64,000 nt of DNA. Origin: Flavobacteriales bacterium. Its GTDB lineage: Bacteria > Bacteroidota > Bacteroidia > Flavobacteriales > Flavobacteriaceae. A model generated the notes under the pieces. That model was not told the origin of the DNA, ran no database searches, and worked only from the letters and a program-made list of their open reading frames with translations. Every line of letters begins with the position of its first letter. Positions within the stretch are counted from its first letter, which is position 1. Location: positions 55,655-119,654 of the forward strand of contig JBBSSR010000008.1 of the NCBI GenBank assembly GCA_038241955.1, written 5' to 3'. Below, piece by piece: positions 1 to 9,766 of this stretch. A program made the position numbers and the translations under genes.

Positions 1-385
1 TGCCGCCTTCTTTAAAATATTGAATTCCTTCTGTCCAGCCTTTAATAACATTTTGTAATGGAAAAGAAATCCCTTTTTCATCACTTTGATCAAAAACACT
101 TTTATTGGTAAAAGCTCCTTTGTAGGCTACTGTAACTTCTGAATTTGCTGTGGGTTTTTTTCCAGTTCCTGGCTCTTCAATTACATAATACAAACCGGAA
201 TCGGAACGTTCTGCTTTAAGATGATTATCAGCAATGTATTTTACAATTTCAGCTTCGTTATCAGGAACCGATACAGTGGTGGAAACAGTTTCGCCATTGG
301 CAGCTGGAGTTGTATTTTCTTCGTTTTTCTTGTTGTTGCAAGACATCAGAATTATTGCCGCTAGAGCTAAAAAAGAATATTTCAT
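1..385 (-). CDS. FKBP-type peptidyl-prolyl cis-trans isomerase, lipoprotein (3' end runs off the window)
   Basis: Manual translation from ATG at 385: MKYSFLALAAIILMSCNNKK (lipobox) ... SGLYYVIEEPGTGKKPTANSEVTVAYKG ... FPLQNVIKGWTEGIQYFKEGG, which are FKBP motifs. Not in the ORF track because it is truncated. Confidence 0.88.
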   Translation of the reverse strand, partial: MKYSFLALAAIILMSCNNKKNEENTTPAANGETVSTTVSVPDNEAEIVKYIADNHLKAERSDSGLYYVIEEPGTGKKPTANSEVTVAYKGAFTNKSVFDQSDEKGISFPLQNVIKGWTEGIQYFKEGG

Positions 386-415
386 AGTGTAATTATTATT
401 TATTTGATTTAAAAT

Positions 416-487
416 TTAACTTAACAAACTGGTAACTAGGAATAGAATTACTAAGCCTATGGCAATGTATTTTGTGTATTTTGACAT
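416..487 (-). CDS. Possible 23-aa small ORF or signal-peptide remnant (MSKYTKYIAIGLVILFLVTSLLS)
   Basis: ATG at 487 preceded by an A-rich tract; basic N-terminus plus hydrophobic core; TAA at 418-416. Confidence 0.25.
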   Translation of the reverse strand: MSKYTKYIAIGLVILFLVTSLLS

Positions 488-626
488 ATAGTTTTTTTTA
501 TAAGATTAATAAATAATTTGTCCGAATTCAAAAGAATGAAAAATTTATTGAATCTCCTAATTTTGTTTACTTTCTAAAAATAAAAAATCATTTTATACAA
601 ATTAACATCTGCTTTTTTAACTCTTT

Positions 627-2066
627 TTAAAAAAACCAACTAGCCACAAAAATAGCAGTAATAACACAAATCAAGTCGACCAAAAGCATTGTAGTAAGTG
701 CATAACGAGTATTTTTGATGTGTACAGAACCAAAATAAACAGCAATGACGTAAAAAGTACTTTCGGCACTACATTGAAAAATACTACTCAACCTTCCTGT
801 TAAAGAATCAGCCCCAAAAGTATTCATAGAATCAATCAAAAATCCTCTTGATCCAGCAGAGCTAAAGGGTCTGAGCAACGCAACAGGTAACGCATCAACA
901 ATTTGTTTATTCACTCCTAAATTCGAAAATATGAATGCCAAACCATTGCTTATAATATCAAACAAACCACTATTTCTAAATAAAGAAATAGCAACTAGCA
1001 TTCCCAACACATAAGGAAAAATCGTAACTCCCGTTTTTACACCATTGTTAGCACCCACTACAAAAGAATCAAAAACAGTTGTATTTGCAGCAGCAAATTT
1101 TTTCTCCTGACGAAATGAAAAAATCAATGTAAAACCAATTATAGCTAATAATATTAATCCGGATAGATTCGAAGTAAAATAGTTCTTTCCTATTAAATCC
1201 AAATGATTAACATACATCAATAGACCGATAATCGCTCCAATCAAAACCATTAAACCAACAACTAGCGATGCGCTCTTGAAATTAATTTTTTGTTTAATTC
1301 CAACAATTAGAAAGGCGGCTATGGTACCAATAAAAGAAGTGATAATACAAGGTAACATGACATCAGCAGGATTAGCTGATCCCGCTGCAGCACGATACCC
1401 AATAATAGAAGTGGCAATTAAAGTTAAACCTGACGCATGCAGACACATGAACATAATTTGTGCATCACTGGCCCTATCCTTATCAGGATTTAGCTCTTGT
1501 AAACTCTCCATAGCCTTCAAACCAAAAGGCGTTGCGGCAGAATCTAAACCTAAAAAATTAGCTGCAAAATTTAACGTCATATACGAAATAGAAGGATGAT
1601 CTTTCGGAATACTTGGAAACACCTTTACAAATACCGGGCTCAATACTTTCGCTAGTTTTCCAGAAACCCCTGAAATAATCAAAAGTTCCATTAGTCCGCA
1701 AAAGAAGGCCAAATAGGCAATCAATGGAATAATAATATCAACTAAACTGCTTTTGCAAGTCGCCAATAATCCATCGGATTTTTGAACGCCACTATAAATT
1801 TGTACTGTTTTATTTTTGTAAACGTAAGTCGTGTCACTATTTGATAGATCACGATTAACAATCATAGTTTTATTTTCTTTCAATTCGATGCTGTCTCTAA
1901 TAAACATCGGGACTTGATCTATATATTTTTCAGAGATTAAAACAGGATCGCCTTTATGACCATTCAAAACATAATCAATAGTATATGTGTTCGCCGTAAA
2001 CAAGCTGATGACAACAAAAACAATCGAAGAAATGAAAATAACAAGCCAAAATCTACTTAGTACCAT
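627..2066 (-). CDS. Nucleoside recognition (Gate) domain membrane protein, fused SpmA/SpmB-like
   Basis: Motifs NFAANFLGLDSAATPFGLKAMESLQ and LLRPFSSAGSRG...AESTFYVIAVYFGSV; many TM segments. Start moved to MVLSRFW (2066) because the longer ORF start lies in a repeat. Confidence 0.85.
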   Translation of the reverse strand: MVLSRFWLVIFISSIVFVVISLFTANTYTIDYVLNGHKGDPVLISEKYIDQVPMFIRDSIELKENKTMIVNRDLSNSDTTYVYKNKTVQIYSGVQKSDGLLATCKSSLVDIIIPLIAYLAFFCGLMELLIISGVSGKLAKVLSPVFVKVFPSIPKDHPSISYMTLNFAANFLGLDSAATPFGLKAMESLQELNPDKDRASDAQIMFMCLHASGLTLIATSIIGYRAAAGSANPADVMLPCIITSFIGTIAAFLIVGIKQKINFKSASLVVGLMVLIGAIIGLLMYVNHLDLIGKNYFTSNLSGLILLAIIGFTLIFSFRQEKKFAAANTTVFDSFVVGANNGVKTGVTIFPYVLGMLVAISLFRNSGLFDIISNGLAFIFSNLGVNKQIVDALPVALLRPFSSAGSRGFLIDSMNTFGADSLTGRLSSIFQCSAESTFYVIAVYFGSVHIKNTRYALTTMLLVDLICVITAIFVASWFF

Positions 2067-2093
2067 AATTTGTAATTTTTGTAAATGTAATAA

Positions 2094-2295
2094 ATCAATT
2101 GCAATGGCAATGGCAAAAATCAATGACAATGGCAATCTCAAAAATTAATCTCAAACTCAAAAATTAAGTTTATTTTTTAATGACATATGACCAAAATATT
2201 TGTTCCACCGAATTTCTTCTTTTAAAATTAGAATTTTAATTGATTTTTGCTATTAAAATTAATATTTGAAATTGTCATTGATTTTTGCAATTGAT
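2094..2295. repeat. Imperfect inverted repeat built of CAATGG/CAATGA hexamers
   Basis: 2271-2295 (attgtcattgatttttgcaattgat) is the reverse complement of 2094-2130 apart from two extra TGGCAA hexamers in the left arm. Confidence 0.6.
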
Positions 2296-2313
2296 ATAGA
2301 TTTTTAAAGTCTT

Positions 2314-3027
2314 TTAAACATGAATAATTTCGTCGTCATCTAGCAAATCTTCTCTTCGTAGTCGTAAAAATATTTGCGCTACTGCAATTGTATCTTTCTC
2401 GCAATACGTCACAATTCGATCAATATCTTTATCTACGTAGAAAACATGGCCCACTTGACTACCGTCAATATCACCTTTTGGAGAAGGAATTCCGAGTACT
2501 TTACACATTAATTTTAAAGAGGTGTAATGCTTATAATCACCAAATTTCCATAACTCCAATGTGTCAAGATGTGCAATTTCCCATGGTTTTTTTCCAAACA
2601 AATTCAATTTATCTGGAATAGGAATTTGGTTTATAATCATTCGGCGCGCTAGAAAAGGAATGTCAAATTCTTTAGCATTATGACCGCACAAAACATGTTG
2701 ACGACCATTGAAATGGCTATTCAATAAATTATTAAAATCTTTTAAAAGTTTATCTTCTTCGCCAAAAAAGGAGGTCACTCTAAAATTCCGAATGTCTCCT
2801 TTAATTGTAAAATAACCAACAGAAATACAAACAATTTTGCCAAACTCGGCCCAAATTCCTGCACGATCGTAAAATTCCTCTGCTGTAAAATCGTCTTTGC
2901 GTTGGTACTGTGTTTTTTGCTCGTACAGCATTTGTACTTCGGAATCAAGATGTTGGTAATCTTCGGCTTCTGGAACTGTTTCTATATCTAAGAACAGAAT
3001 ATTATTAAGGTTTATTTTTTCAATCAT
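2314..3027 (-). CDS. PolB-like 3'-5' exonuclease (DEDD, DNA_pol_B_exo2-like)
   Basis: ExoI LDIETVP, ExoII GHNAKEFDIPFL, ExoIII YCEKD. Probable start MIEK at 3027. Confidence 0.82.
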   Translation of the reverse strand: MIEKINLNNILFLDIETVPEAEDYQHLDSEVQMLYEQKTQYQRKDDFTAEEFYDRAGIWAEFGKIVCISVGYFTIKGDIRNFRVTSFFGEEDKLLKDFNNLLNSHFNGRQHVLCGHNAKEFDIPFLARRMIINQIPIPDKLNLFGKKPWEIAHLDTLELWKFGDYKHYTSLKLMCKVLGIPSPKGDIDGSQVGHVFYVDKDIDRIVTYCEKDTIAVAQIFLRLRREDLLDDDEIIHV

Positions 3028-3031
3028 TTGC

Positions 3032-4201
3032 TTATTTCTTTTTCGCAATTTCTTGTTCCAACATTTTGTAGCTTTCCTCTAAATAGACATAAAAATCATC
3101 GCTATGTGGTGTTCCATTTGTGCTTAGTTTACTACGATGTCCTAATCGAACAATAATTAAATCATCTTCTGGCACCACAATTACGTACTGTCCTAAATGA
3201 CCGCGCATATAAAATACTTTTTTATTTTTATAACTGCTCAACCACCAGCCGTATCCATATTCTGGCGAAGCTTTAAATCTTGGAGTTATCGATTTTGCAA
3301 CAAAAGAACTATCTAAAATTTGTTTTCCATTCCATTTACCATTTTGTAGATACAATTTACCGAAACGAGCAAAATCCCGAGCATTGCTGGCAATACAACA
3401 GTAGGCTTTGACTATTCCGTTTTGTTTGTCAGTTTGCCAAAATGCATCACTTTCTGCTCCCATAGGCTTCCAGAATGATTCAGCAACATAGTTTGCTAAA
3501 CTTTCGCCAACGGCTTTTTCGATACACATAGCCAAGAGTTGGGTGTTTCCACTTAAGTATTTGTATGATTTTCCAGGTTCTTCAACACCTTTCAATCCTA
3601 AAATAACAGCATTTAAATCCGTGTCAAAATAAGCACGTGTAGTTATCGATAGTGGATTGTAATAGGACTCATCCCAATTTAAGCCCGAAGCCATAGAGGA
3701 TAAGTCCCCAACTGTGAGTCTAGCGGCAGTTCCGTCTTTAAAGTCAGGAAAAAAATCAGAAACTTTCTGGTCTAAACTTTTAATTTTCCCTTGCATAATT
3801 GCTTTTCCCAATGAAGCAGAAACGATGCTTTTGGCCATTGAAAAAGAGTTCGATTTACTGTCTTTAATATAATTATCATAATAGCTTTCATGCCAAATAC
3901 TATCATTTTTTATAATTAAAAAAGCGACTGTACCAATTTCTTGGTGTAATTTATCAAGTTTTGGCGTAGTTTTAATTTGGTTACAATTTTTGGCAATCTT
4001 CCACGGTTGTGGAACTGTACTGTTTTCAATTATTCTATTCGAAAAATACTTGTAATCTTCTAGAAATGCAGTCTTATGGCCATTCATATACGTTATGCGA
4101 ACGGCTGTTATTAAATAATCAACTTTAAAAACATATAAAATAACTATTACAATTGCAATAAAAGAGAACAGTCCGATTAGGAGCCTTTTGAACCATTTCA
4201 T
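3032..4201 (-). CDS. Serine hydrolase, class C beta-lactamase-like family
   Basis: SxxK (SMAK), YLS (YxN-like), GHLGQ; N-terminal membrane anchor. Confidence 0.85.
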   Translation of the reverse strand: MKWFKRLLIGLFSFIAIVIVILYVFKVDYLITAVRITYMNGHKTAFLEDYKYFSNRIIENSTVPQPWKIAKNCNQIKTTPKLDKLHQEIGTVAFLIIKNDSIWHESYYDNYIKDSKSNSFSMAKSIVSASLGKAIMQGKIKSLDQKVSDFFPDFKDGTAARLTVGDLSSMASGLNWDESYYNPLSITTRAYFDTDLNAVILGLKGVEEPGKSYKYLSGNTQLLAMCIEKAVGESLANYVAESFWKPMGAESDAFWQTDKQNGIVKAYCCIASNARDFARFGKLYLQNGKWNGKQILDSSFVAKSITPRFKASPEYGYGWWLSSYKNKKVFYMRGHLGQYVIVVPEDDLIIVRLGHRSKLSTNGTPHSDDFYVYLEESYKMLEQEIAKKK

Positions 4202-4272
4202 AGAAAATAAATTTAGGTTTGGAGACGAATTTACATAAAATTAAGTTTGATTTTTGAGCTACTTTTATTTTC

Positions 4273-4746
4273 TTAAAATAAACTTTGTTGCGTTGTTGGA
4301 TTTTCGTGTTCCAGTAACCATTTTTTCCGCCACAAACCACCTGCATAACCAGTGAGCGAACCATCGCTCCCAATCACTCGGTGGCAAGGGATTACAATCC
4401 AAAGTGGGTTTTTACCATTTGCCGAAGCTACGGCTCGAATTGCTTTTGCATCTCCTAAAACTTTAGACTGTTCAAGGTATGTTCTAGTTTTCCCATATGG
4501 AATCTCTATTAATCCCTTCCATACTTTTTGCTGAAAATCAGTTCCTTTTGGGTTTATTTTGAAATCAAAATTGGTTCTTTCTCCATTAAAATACTCATTT
4601 ATTTGGTCTACGGCAGGTTGCAATTCAGCTGGAACAGTACTGGAGATTGTACCCTCATCAGAGACAGAAATGGAGGAAATACCATTCTCATCTCCTACGA
4701 TTTCGGCAATCCCAATAGATGTTTTGATATATGCTATCTGATTCAT
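4273..4746 (-). CDS. ogt: Methylated-DNA--protein-cysteine methyltransferase
   Basis: Active-site motif IPCHRV; RAVASANGKNP. Confidence 0.93.
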   Translation of the reverse strand: MNQIAYIKTSIGIAEIVGDENGISSISVSDEGTISSTVPAELQPAVDQINEYFNGERTNFDFKINPKGTDFQQKVWKGLIEIPYGKTRTYLEQSKVLGDAKAIRAVASANGKNPLWIVIPCHRVIGSDGSLTGYAGGLWRKKWLLEHENPTTQQSLF

Positions 4747-4785
4747 TTATAAAAATAATTTAATCTGTTTTTTATGGCAGTAAAT

Positions 4786-6645
4786 TTACCAACCTCCGCC
4801 TGAACTACCACCGCCAGAGCTTGCACGACTAGAGCTAGTAGAAGTCGCGTTGTAATTACTACTAAAATGAACTAGTATGTCCGTTGAAAAACCAGGCGAA
4901 CTATTGCTGTTTTGTATCCAGTTACTAGTGTAATTTAAATCCTGTAAGACTGAATTGAACTTTATATTCCATTCTTCTTGAATACCCAAAGCAAAGGCGT
5001 AAGGAAGGTTTTCTTCATAAGCTACTATTGCAGTTGTATTGCGCACTATAGGATAATCTAGCAATTGTTGTTTTAATTTTTCAGTGTGGTATTTGGTTAT
5101 AATACCAAAACTCGTATAAGCAGTAATTAAGTGCAGATAAATACTAAAGCCTCCAATTATGAGAAATAAAACTAATGCGTTTAAAACCGAATAATCCTTA
5201 TCGACATTAATGGCAAAGAAACTAGCATAACAAAAAGTACCAGAAAAAAATGTCATAAGTAAAGCACCAAAAGCGCCCAAAAACTGCTTTCTTACGAGTA
5301 GTTTGACAATAGCTCTTAGTAGTAAAACGGTACATACTAAAAAAATAAAACCAAAAATTGGCCATCCCAAAATAGTTCCTTTTGCATAGTAACAATAACC
5401 AACAATTGTGGCAATTGTAATAAGGAAACCAATCGCAATTTGTTGCCAATTTGCAGAAAAGTAATCCTTTAAGTTAATTTGGCTTTTAAGCGAATTTTCT
5501 AACGCTTTCTCGGCAGTTTCAAATGTGAGATAGCTTTGGGGGTTTAGAGAAAAACTATCACTTACTTTAAAAAGATGATCCAACACTATTTGTTCTTCTT
5601 GGTCAAGAATAACTGTATTATCTCTTTTTTCGAGTACATATTCGAATCCATTTTCCCAATTTTTTTTTCCATTCGTTCCAATCTCCATCGCTCCTTTGAT
5701 TGACAGACTAATTATAGCTGTTAAAAGCGTTTTACTGTTTGAATATCTTTCTTTAATGTATTGCAGTGCTGCAGCAGAATAAATATTTCTTAAATCGAGT
5801 GTTTCGTTAGTTGCAGCATATACCGCATCTTTTCCATGTCTTTTCCATGAAAATAAATAAAAAGCAAAACAAATAAATACTGCCAATAGTCCCGCAACTA
5901 CTTTTTCTACGGATAGAAATTCCTCCATTTTGTAATGCGGCAAAAAAGAAGATTGCTTAACAAATCCTTTTGGAAATCCTACTGCAATGGTAAATCCTTC
6001 TCCTACTTTTAAGTTTCGTCCATCGAAATAAACGAAATTGTCACTGGTTTTTACATTGCATTCACTTTCTTTTGATCCCTCAACTCCCGTATAGCAATGG
6101 GTTTGTAGTGCGGTTGCAGATTCAGGTAAAATTACTGTTGCTGTAACTTTCTCAATTTCTAATGCCCAATAATTTCCTGTGACATTCCAATAAATTTCAT
6201 CGAAATCAACATCCGAATGTATTTGAGCTTCTACCTCATATGTCAACACGTAGGTGTAAAGCCCTTCACTTAATGTCCTATCTTTATCGCCTATGTAAAT
6301 CGCATATTTATCATCCTGTATTTTAGTATGAAATGATTCTAACAATCCATTTTTGGTTACACTCAACAGCGTATAGAAACTATTTCTAGACACTTTATAA
6401 GAATAATTTTTCATAGGGAGTTCTCTAAAAATACCATGTTCGATTTTCAATCCACTAACATATAATTTGATCGTTTCGGTAACGACGATATTTCCGTTTT
6501 CCTTAATTAAAATATCGGAATGAAATTGCAATATTTTCTCCTCCTTTTCTTGATCGTTCTTAAATGAAGACTCATTTTGGCTATACGAACTAAAAGAAGA
6601 AAATAATAAAAGACTAAAAAAGAATAGTATCTTAAATTGTTTCAT
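4786..6645 (-). CDS. DUF2207 family membrane protein
   Basis: N-terminal HGIFRELP/YWNVTGNYW domain, TM helices, LPYAFALG, Gly/Ser tail ending GGGW. Likely start MKQF at 6645. Confidence 0.8.
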   Translation of the reverse strand: MKQFKILFFFSLLLFSSFSSYSQNESSFKNDQEKEEKILQFHSDILIKENGNIVVTETIKLYVSGLKIEHGIFRELPMKNYSYKVSRNSFYTLLSVTKNGLLESFHTKIQDDKYAIYIGDKDRTLSEGLYTYVLTYEVEAQIHSDVDFDEIYWNVTGNYWALEIEKVTATVILPESATALQTHCYTGVEGSKESECNVKTSDNFVYFDGRNLKVGEGFTIAVGFPKGFVKQSSFLPHYKMEEFLSVEKVVAGLLAVFICFAFYLFSWKRHGKDAVYAATNETLDLRNIYSAAALQYIKERYSNSKTLLTAIISLSIKGAMEIGTNGKKNWENGFEYVLEKRDNTVILDQEEQIVLDHLFKVSDSFSLNPQSYLTFETAEKALENSLKSQINLKDYFSANWQQIAIGFLITIATIVGYCYYAKGTILGWPIFGFIFLVCTVLLLRAIVKLLVRKQFLGAFGALLMTFFSGTFCYASFFAINVDKDYSVLNALVLFLIIGGFSIYLHLITAYTSFGIITKYHTEKLKQQLLDYPIVRNTTAIVAYEENLPYAFALGIQEEWNIKFNSVLQDLNYTSNWIQNSNSSPGFSTDILVHFSSNYNATSTSSSRASSGGGSSGGGW

Positions 6646-6777
6646 TGGTAAATGCACTTTTCTAAAGTGTAAAGTACTACTTTTTTCTAATAAAAAAAAT
6701 ACCTTATTACTTAATTACATTTTATACTACTATATACTTATTTACAATCACAAATTTACGCAAGAATAGAAACAAGC

Positions 6778-6805
6778 AGAACCATTTGAATCACCAAATG
6801 GTTCT
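6778..6805 (-). terminator. Hairpin, probable intrinsic terminator
   Basis: agaaccatttg-aatcac-caaatggttct, a perfect 11-bp stem downstream of the cytochrome c gene. Confidence 0.55.
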
Positions 6806-6813
6806 TATTTTTA

Positions 6814-6870
6814 GGACTGACAGCAGTGAAAGTCCTTCTGCTTTTTTTTAAAAGGCAAAGCAGTACTGCA
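6814..6870. repeat. Degenerate copy of the intergenic repeat at 32295-32364
   Basis: Shares GCAGTGA(a/t)A(g/t)TCCTT followed by a T-run/A-run hairpin with 32295-32364. Confidence 0.35.
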
Positions 6871-6940
6871 TCATAAATTTCTTTATATTGGTTTCAGTGC
6901 ATTTCATTTGCAATGAATAATGAAAAATAGCTCCTAAAAA

Positions 6941-7330
6941 CTATTTTAAATTAGAATAAACATACGCTTCTAATGCTTTTAATTCTTCGTCGGACATTTC
7001 CTCAGTAATTGGAAAATTAGTTTTCATCACTTCGTATTGACTTGGGTCGACTATTGGAGTTGCCTCACCTTTTAAGAAGGAAACTATATCACCTTTTTTA
7101 TCTTTGTATATTTTGGCGATTTCTTGCAAACTAGGGCCAATAAGCTTTTGTTCTGGCAAATGACAAGAAAAACAATTTCCTCTGTCTTCGAAAATTTCTT
7201 TTCCTAGAGCTTCCGGCGTTTTTATGGAGGCTGAAGCTGTTGCAGTTGCTTGATTACCAATCGGTTCCTTTATTTTGTTTTTGCAGGCAACTGCAAGTAG
7301 AATTATCGCTACTATTACTATTTTTTTCAC
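6941..7330 (-). CDS. Monoheme c-type cytochrome lipoprotein (GTG start)
   Basis: Lipobox AVAC; CFSCH heme motif; IGPSL; distal Met in EVMK. Confidence 0.87.
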   Translation of the reverse strand: MKKIVIVAIILLAVACKNKIKEPIGNQATATASASIKTPEALGKEIFEDRGNCFSCHLPEQKLIGPSLQEIAKIYKDKKGDIVSFLKGEATPIVDPSQYEVMKTNFPITEEMSDEELKALEAYVYSNLK

Positions 7331-7343
7331 TATTATAAAAATT

Positions 7344-8267
7344 TTAGTTCATTGCTTCAAAAGTGTAACCATTAAACAATAATTTTGCTACAATTCGGCT
7401 AGGAATTGTGTCTGGACCACCATAGATTTGTAAATCCCCTTTTTCTAAACCTGCAGAACTCACTCTTTCCATTCCTGAAAGTGTACCTCTCAAATTTAAA
7501 TATTTATTATCCCAAGTAATTATTTCATTTTTGATGTCTTTATCTGTATTAGGATTGGTGTAACCTGTTTTTGTAGCATACCAACTTGCTACATTTCTGA
7601 CTTTATTTTGTTCTCTATTGTTATTGTCTTTTTCGCTAAATAAAGAATTTACTTCATAAGATAGTGTTGGCGGAAAACCAGTCATAGTCGTCACGCTTTT
7701 ATAAGTAATTGAACCGATAACAACATTCTTATCTTTACCATCTTTTTCTTGAAGTTGATAAATAGCACTGTTTCTAACCGATATTCTTGACTTTATCATA
7801 GCATCATTTTCTGCTATTAGTTCGTTTTTTGTTTTTAAATTGGCCTCAGCAAAAACATTTTCAATATCTGTGGGTGTTCCATTTATAAATTCTAAAACTC
7901 CTTTTTCATCAATTCCTGATGCACTGATAAACTTATATTTATCATTACAAACACTAGCTACAACTGAATTTTGAAAACTCATACCATGTTCTTTACCATA
8001 ATCCAATACTTCATTTGTTTTATTAGTTGTTAAATCGGTAAGCACACTCCAATAAACAGTTCTACCATCAAGTAATGAGGTCATTTTTCTTTCAATAGAA
8101 AAGATAGGTCTGTTGTCTAACGAAATAACTTTATAGACTAACTTCTCTTTATCTAGAATTCCAACCTCCACTTCATCAATAGTGATTTTATTTTTCTTTA
8201 TTTTAATCTTTTGGGCCTCAGCTGTTAAAGAAGCAAAAATCATTAATGCCACAATTATTGTTTTCAT
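7344..8267 (-). CDS. Hypothetical secreted protein
   Basis: Long ORF; signal peptide MKTIIVALMIFASLTAEAQ; a -7 promoter box at 8290-8297 supports the start at 8267. Confidence 0.75.
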   Translation of the reverse strand: MKTIIVALMIFASLTAEAQKIKIKKNKITIDEVEVGILDKEKLVYKVISLDNRPIFSIERKMTSLLDGRTVYWSVLTDLTTNKTNEVLDYGKEHGMSFQNSVVASVCNDKYKFISASGIDEKGVLEFINGTPTDIENVFAEANLKTKNELIAENDAMIKSRISVRNSAIYQLQEKDGKDKNVVIGSITYKSVTTMTGFPPTLSYEVNSLFSEKDNNNREQNKVRNVASWYATKTGYTNPNTDKDIKNEIITWDNKYLNLRGTLSGMERVSSAGLEKGDLQIYGGPDTIPSRIVAKLLFNGYTFEAMN

Positions 8268-8289
8268 ATATTTTAAATTTAAATTTTTG

Positions 8290-8297
8290 CAAAAATA
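8290..8297 (-). promoter_or_regulatory. Bacteroidota -7 promoter element (TATTTTTG)
   Basis: Matches the TAnnTTTG consensus 23 nt upstream of ATG 8267. Confidence 0.4.
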
Positions 8298-8521
8298 CAC
8301 TTTTTCTGCTTACTTTATTTTCTTAATGTTGTATCTCTTTGGCTTCATAAATCGAAATTAAACATTGCAATTACAGACTTACAACAAGATAAATTATTCA
8401 ATATCAGAAAGAAACTTTCACACTTCAAGGTTTCTTTTTTCAATAGATTTTATAAATTTGTCATTAGTCCTTTTTTTATAAATCAGTAGTACTGAAAATG
8501 AAAGTAAGTAAAATTTATAAA

Positions 8522-9031
8522 CTACCAACCTACATACTTTGGCGGTTGAATTTGACACAAGTTTAAATAAACAATAAGTTGACCGCGATGATGCGTAACG
8601 TGGTCTTGCATTAAATTAAGGATTTGTAACTTTGATTTTGGACCAGCAAAAAAATCAACTTTTTCAGATAAATTTATATCTTTATTTTCAATAATTTTTG
8701 ATTTTGCACTATCAAATGATAAACTTATTTGTTCGATAATTTCTTTTTTAGTTTTAACTGTAGCAAAATCATTTTTTTTGTATTTCTCTTTTGAAAAGTA
8801 AGTCGTACTCAACCAATCCATATTTTGTAGAATATGAAAAACTTGTTCTTTGAAACTCATTTCTCTTTCGCTAGGTTTAAAATCGTATTTATCTTCTGGC
8901 ATTGCTTCTGCCATTTGAACTAAATATGTTTTTGAATTGTGCCATTTTTCAACAAAAGTATCGACAACTAAATGCTGTGCGAAAATGGAATTAGAACCTA
9001 AAATTAAGGCAAGAATTATAATATTTTTCAT
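8522..9031 (-). CDS. DinB/YfiT family protein with signal peptide
   Basis: MPEDKYDFKP, EQVFHI, C-terminal DHVTHHRGQLIVYL metal-binding motif. Confidence 0.82.
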   Translation of the reverse strand: MKNIIILALILGSNSIFAQHLVVDTFVEKWHNSKTYLVQMAEAMPEDKYDFKPSEREMSFKEQVFHILQNMDWLSTTYFSKEKYKKNDFATVKTKKEIIEQISLSFDSAKSKIIENKDINLSEKVDFFAGPKSKLQILNLMQDHVTHHRGQLIVYLNLCQIQPPKYVGW

Positions 9032-9054
9032 AATTATTTTAAATTTAAAAAAAC

Positions 9055-9087
9055 AAAAAAGCCTTTTGTTATAGTCACAAAAGGCTT
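9055..9087 (-). terminator. Rho-independent terminator after doxX
   Basis: aagccttttgt-N7-acaaaaggctt stem with a U-tract on the minus strand. Confidence 0.65.
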
Positions 9088-9117
9088 GTAAATTTATGTT
9101 TTTATTTTTAATTGAGC

Positions 9118-9320
9118 TCGATTATTAAAAAATGTCGCTCCTAAGGAGCTTGGTAGCTATTACTATTCCTAATTTCTATAAAGATTGCACTCTTATGGAG
9201 CTTAAAAAATTTAGTTACTATTAACTAGAGCCACAAAGTGGCACTATATTTATAGCAATTGGCAAAAGTTAATGATATCACGAGCTCATTAGGAGCGAAA
9301 TATAAAAATACAATAATCGA
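9118..9320. repeat. Gene-less REP cluster (REPIN/BIME-like), 2 forward + 2 inverted copies
   Basis: Copies at 9129-9150, 9174-9202 (+) and 9228-9258, 9282-9310 (-) of the consensus TTCTATAAATATTACGCTCCTCTGGAGCT, which also flanks tnpA; outer tcgattatt/aataatcga inverted ends. Confidence 0.75.
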
Positions 9321-9331
9321 ATTGAGATTTA

Positions 9332-9724
9332 TTAGATAATATTTCTATCCTCTTTATTTTGTAAAGTTAAACCCAGTAAAGTGGTCAATAATGCAACGTG
9401 AATCATTATATTCATCCAGTTTCCAGAAGGAACATGAACTAAAAATAAAGCCACTGCAATTATTCCTGTTAGTGCAGCATACGCATAGAATAATTTTTTA
9501 TTAGCGAACAATAATATACCTGCAGCCAATTCAATAAGTGCTACAATTGCACCCAAAACATAAGTTCCGTTATCACCTAAAAATCCTAATCCGCTAGATT
9601 TTAAGAATTCGGACATATTGTGTAGACCAACACCTCCCATAAAGCCTTCAATTAGTTTTTCTAATCCACCCCAAACAAAAAGCAGTCCAAAACCTATTCT
9701 AATAATTGTATTTCCTAGTTTCAT
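9332..9724 (-). CDS. DoxX family membrane protein
   Basis: RIGFGLLFVWGGLEKL; four hydrophobic segments; ELAAGILL. Confidence 0.78.
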   Translation of the reverse strand: MKLGNTIIRIGFGLLFVWGGLEKLIEGFMGGVGLHNMSEFLKSSGLGFLGDNGTYVLGAIVALIELAAGILLFANKKLFYAYAALTGIIAVALFLVHVPSGNWMNIMIHVALLTTLLGLTLQNKEDRNII

Positions 9725-9766
9725 AATTTTATAATTTAATGGTTATTTATTTTTTTAGTTTTATAA

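Noticed and set aside
2067-2141. N-terminal extension MRLPLSLIFAIAIAID of the spmAB-like ORF
   Set aside because: It is translated from the CAATGG hexamer repeat; the real start is MVLSRFW at 2066.
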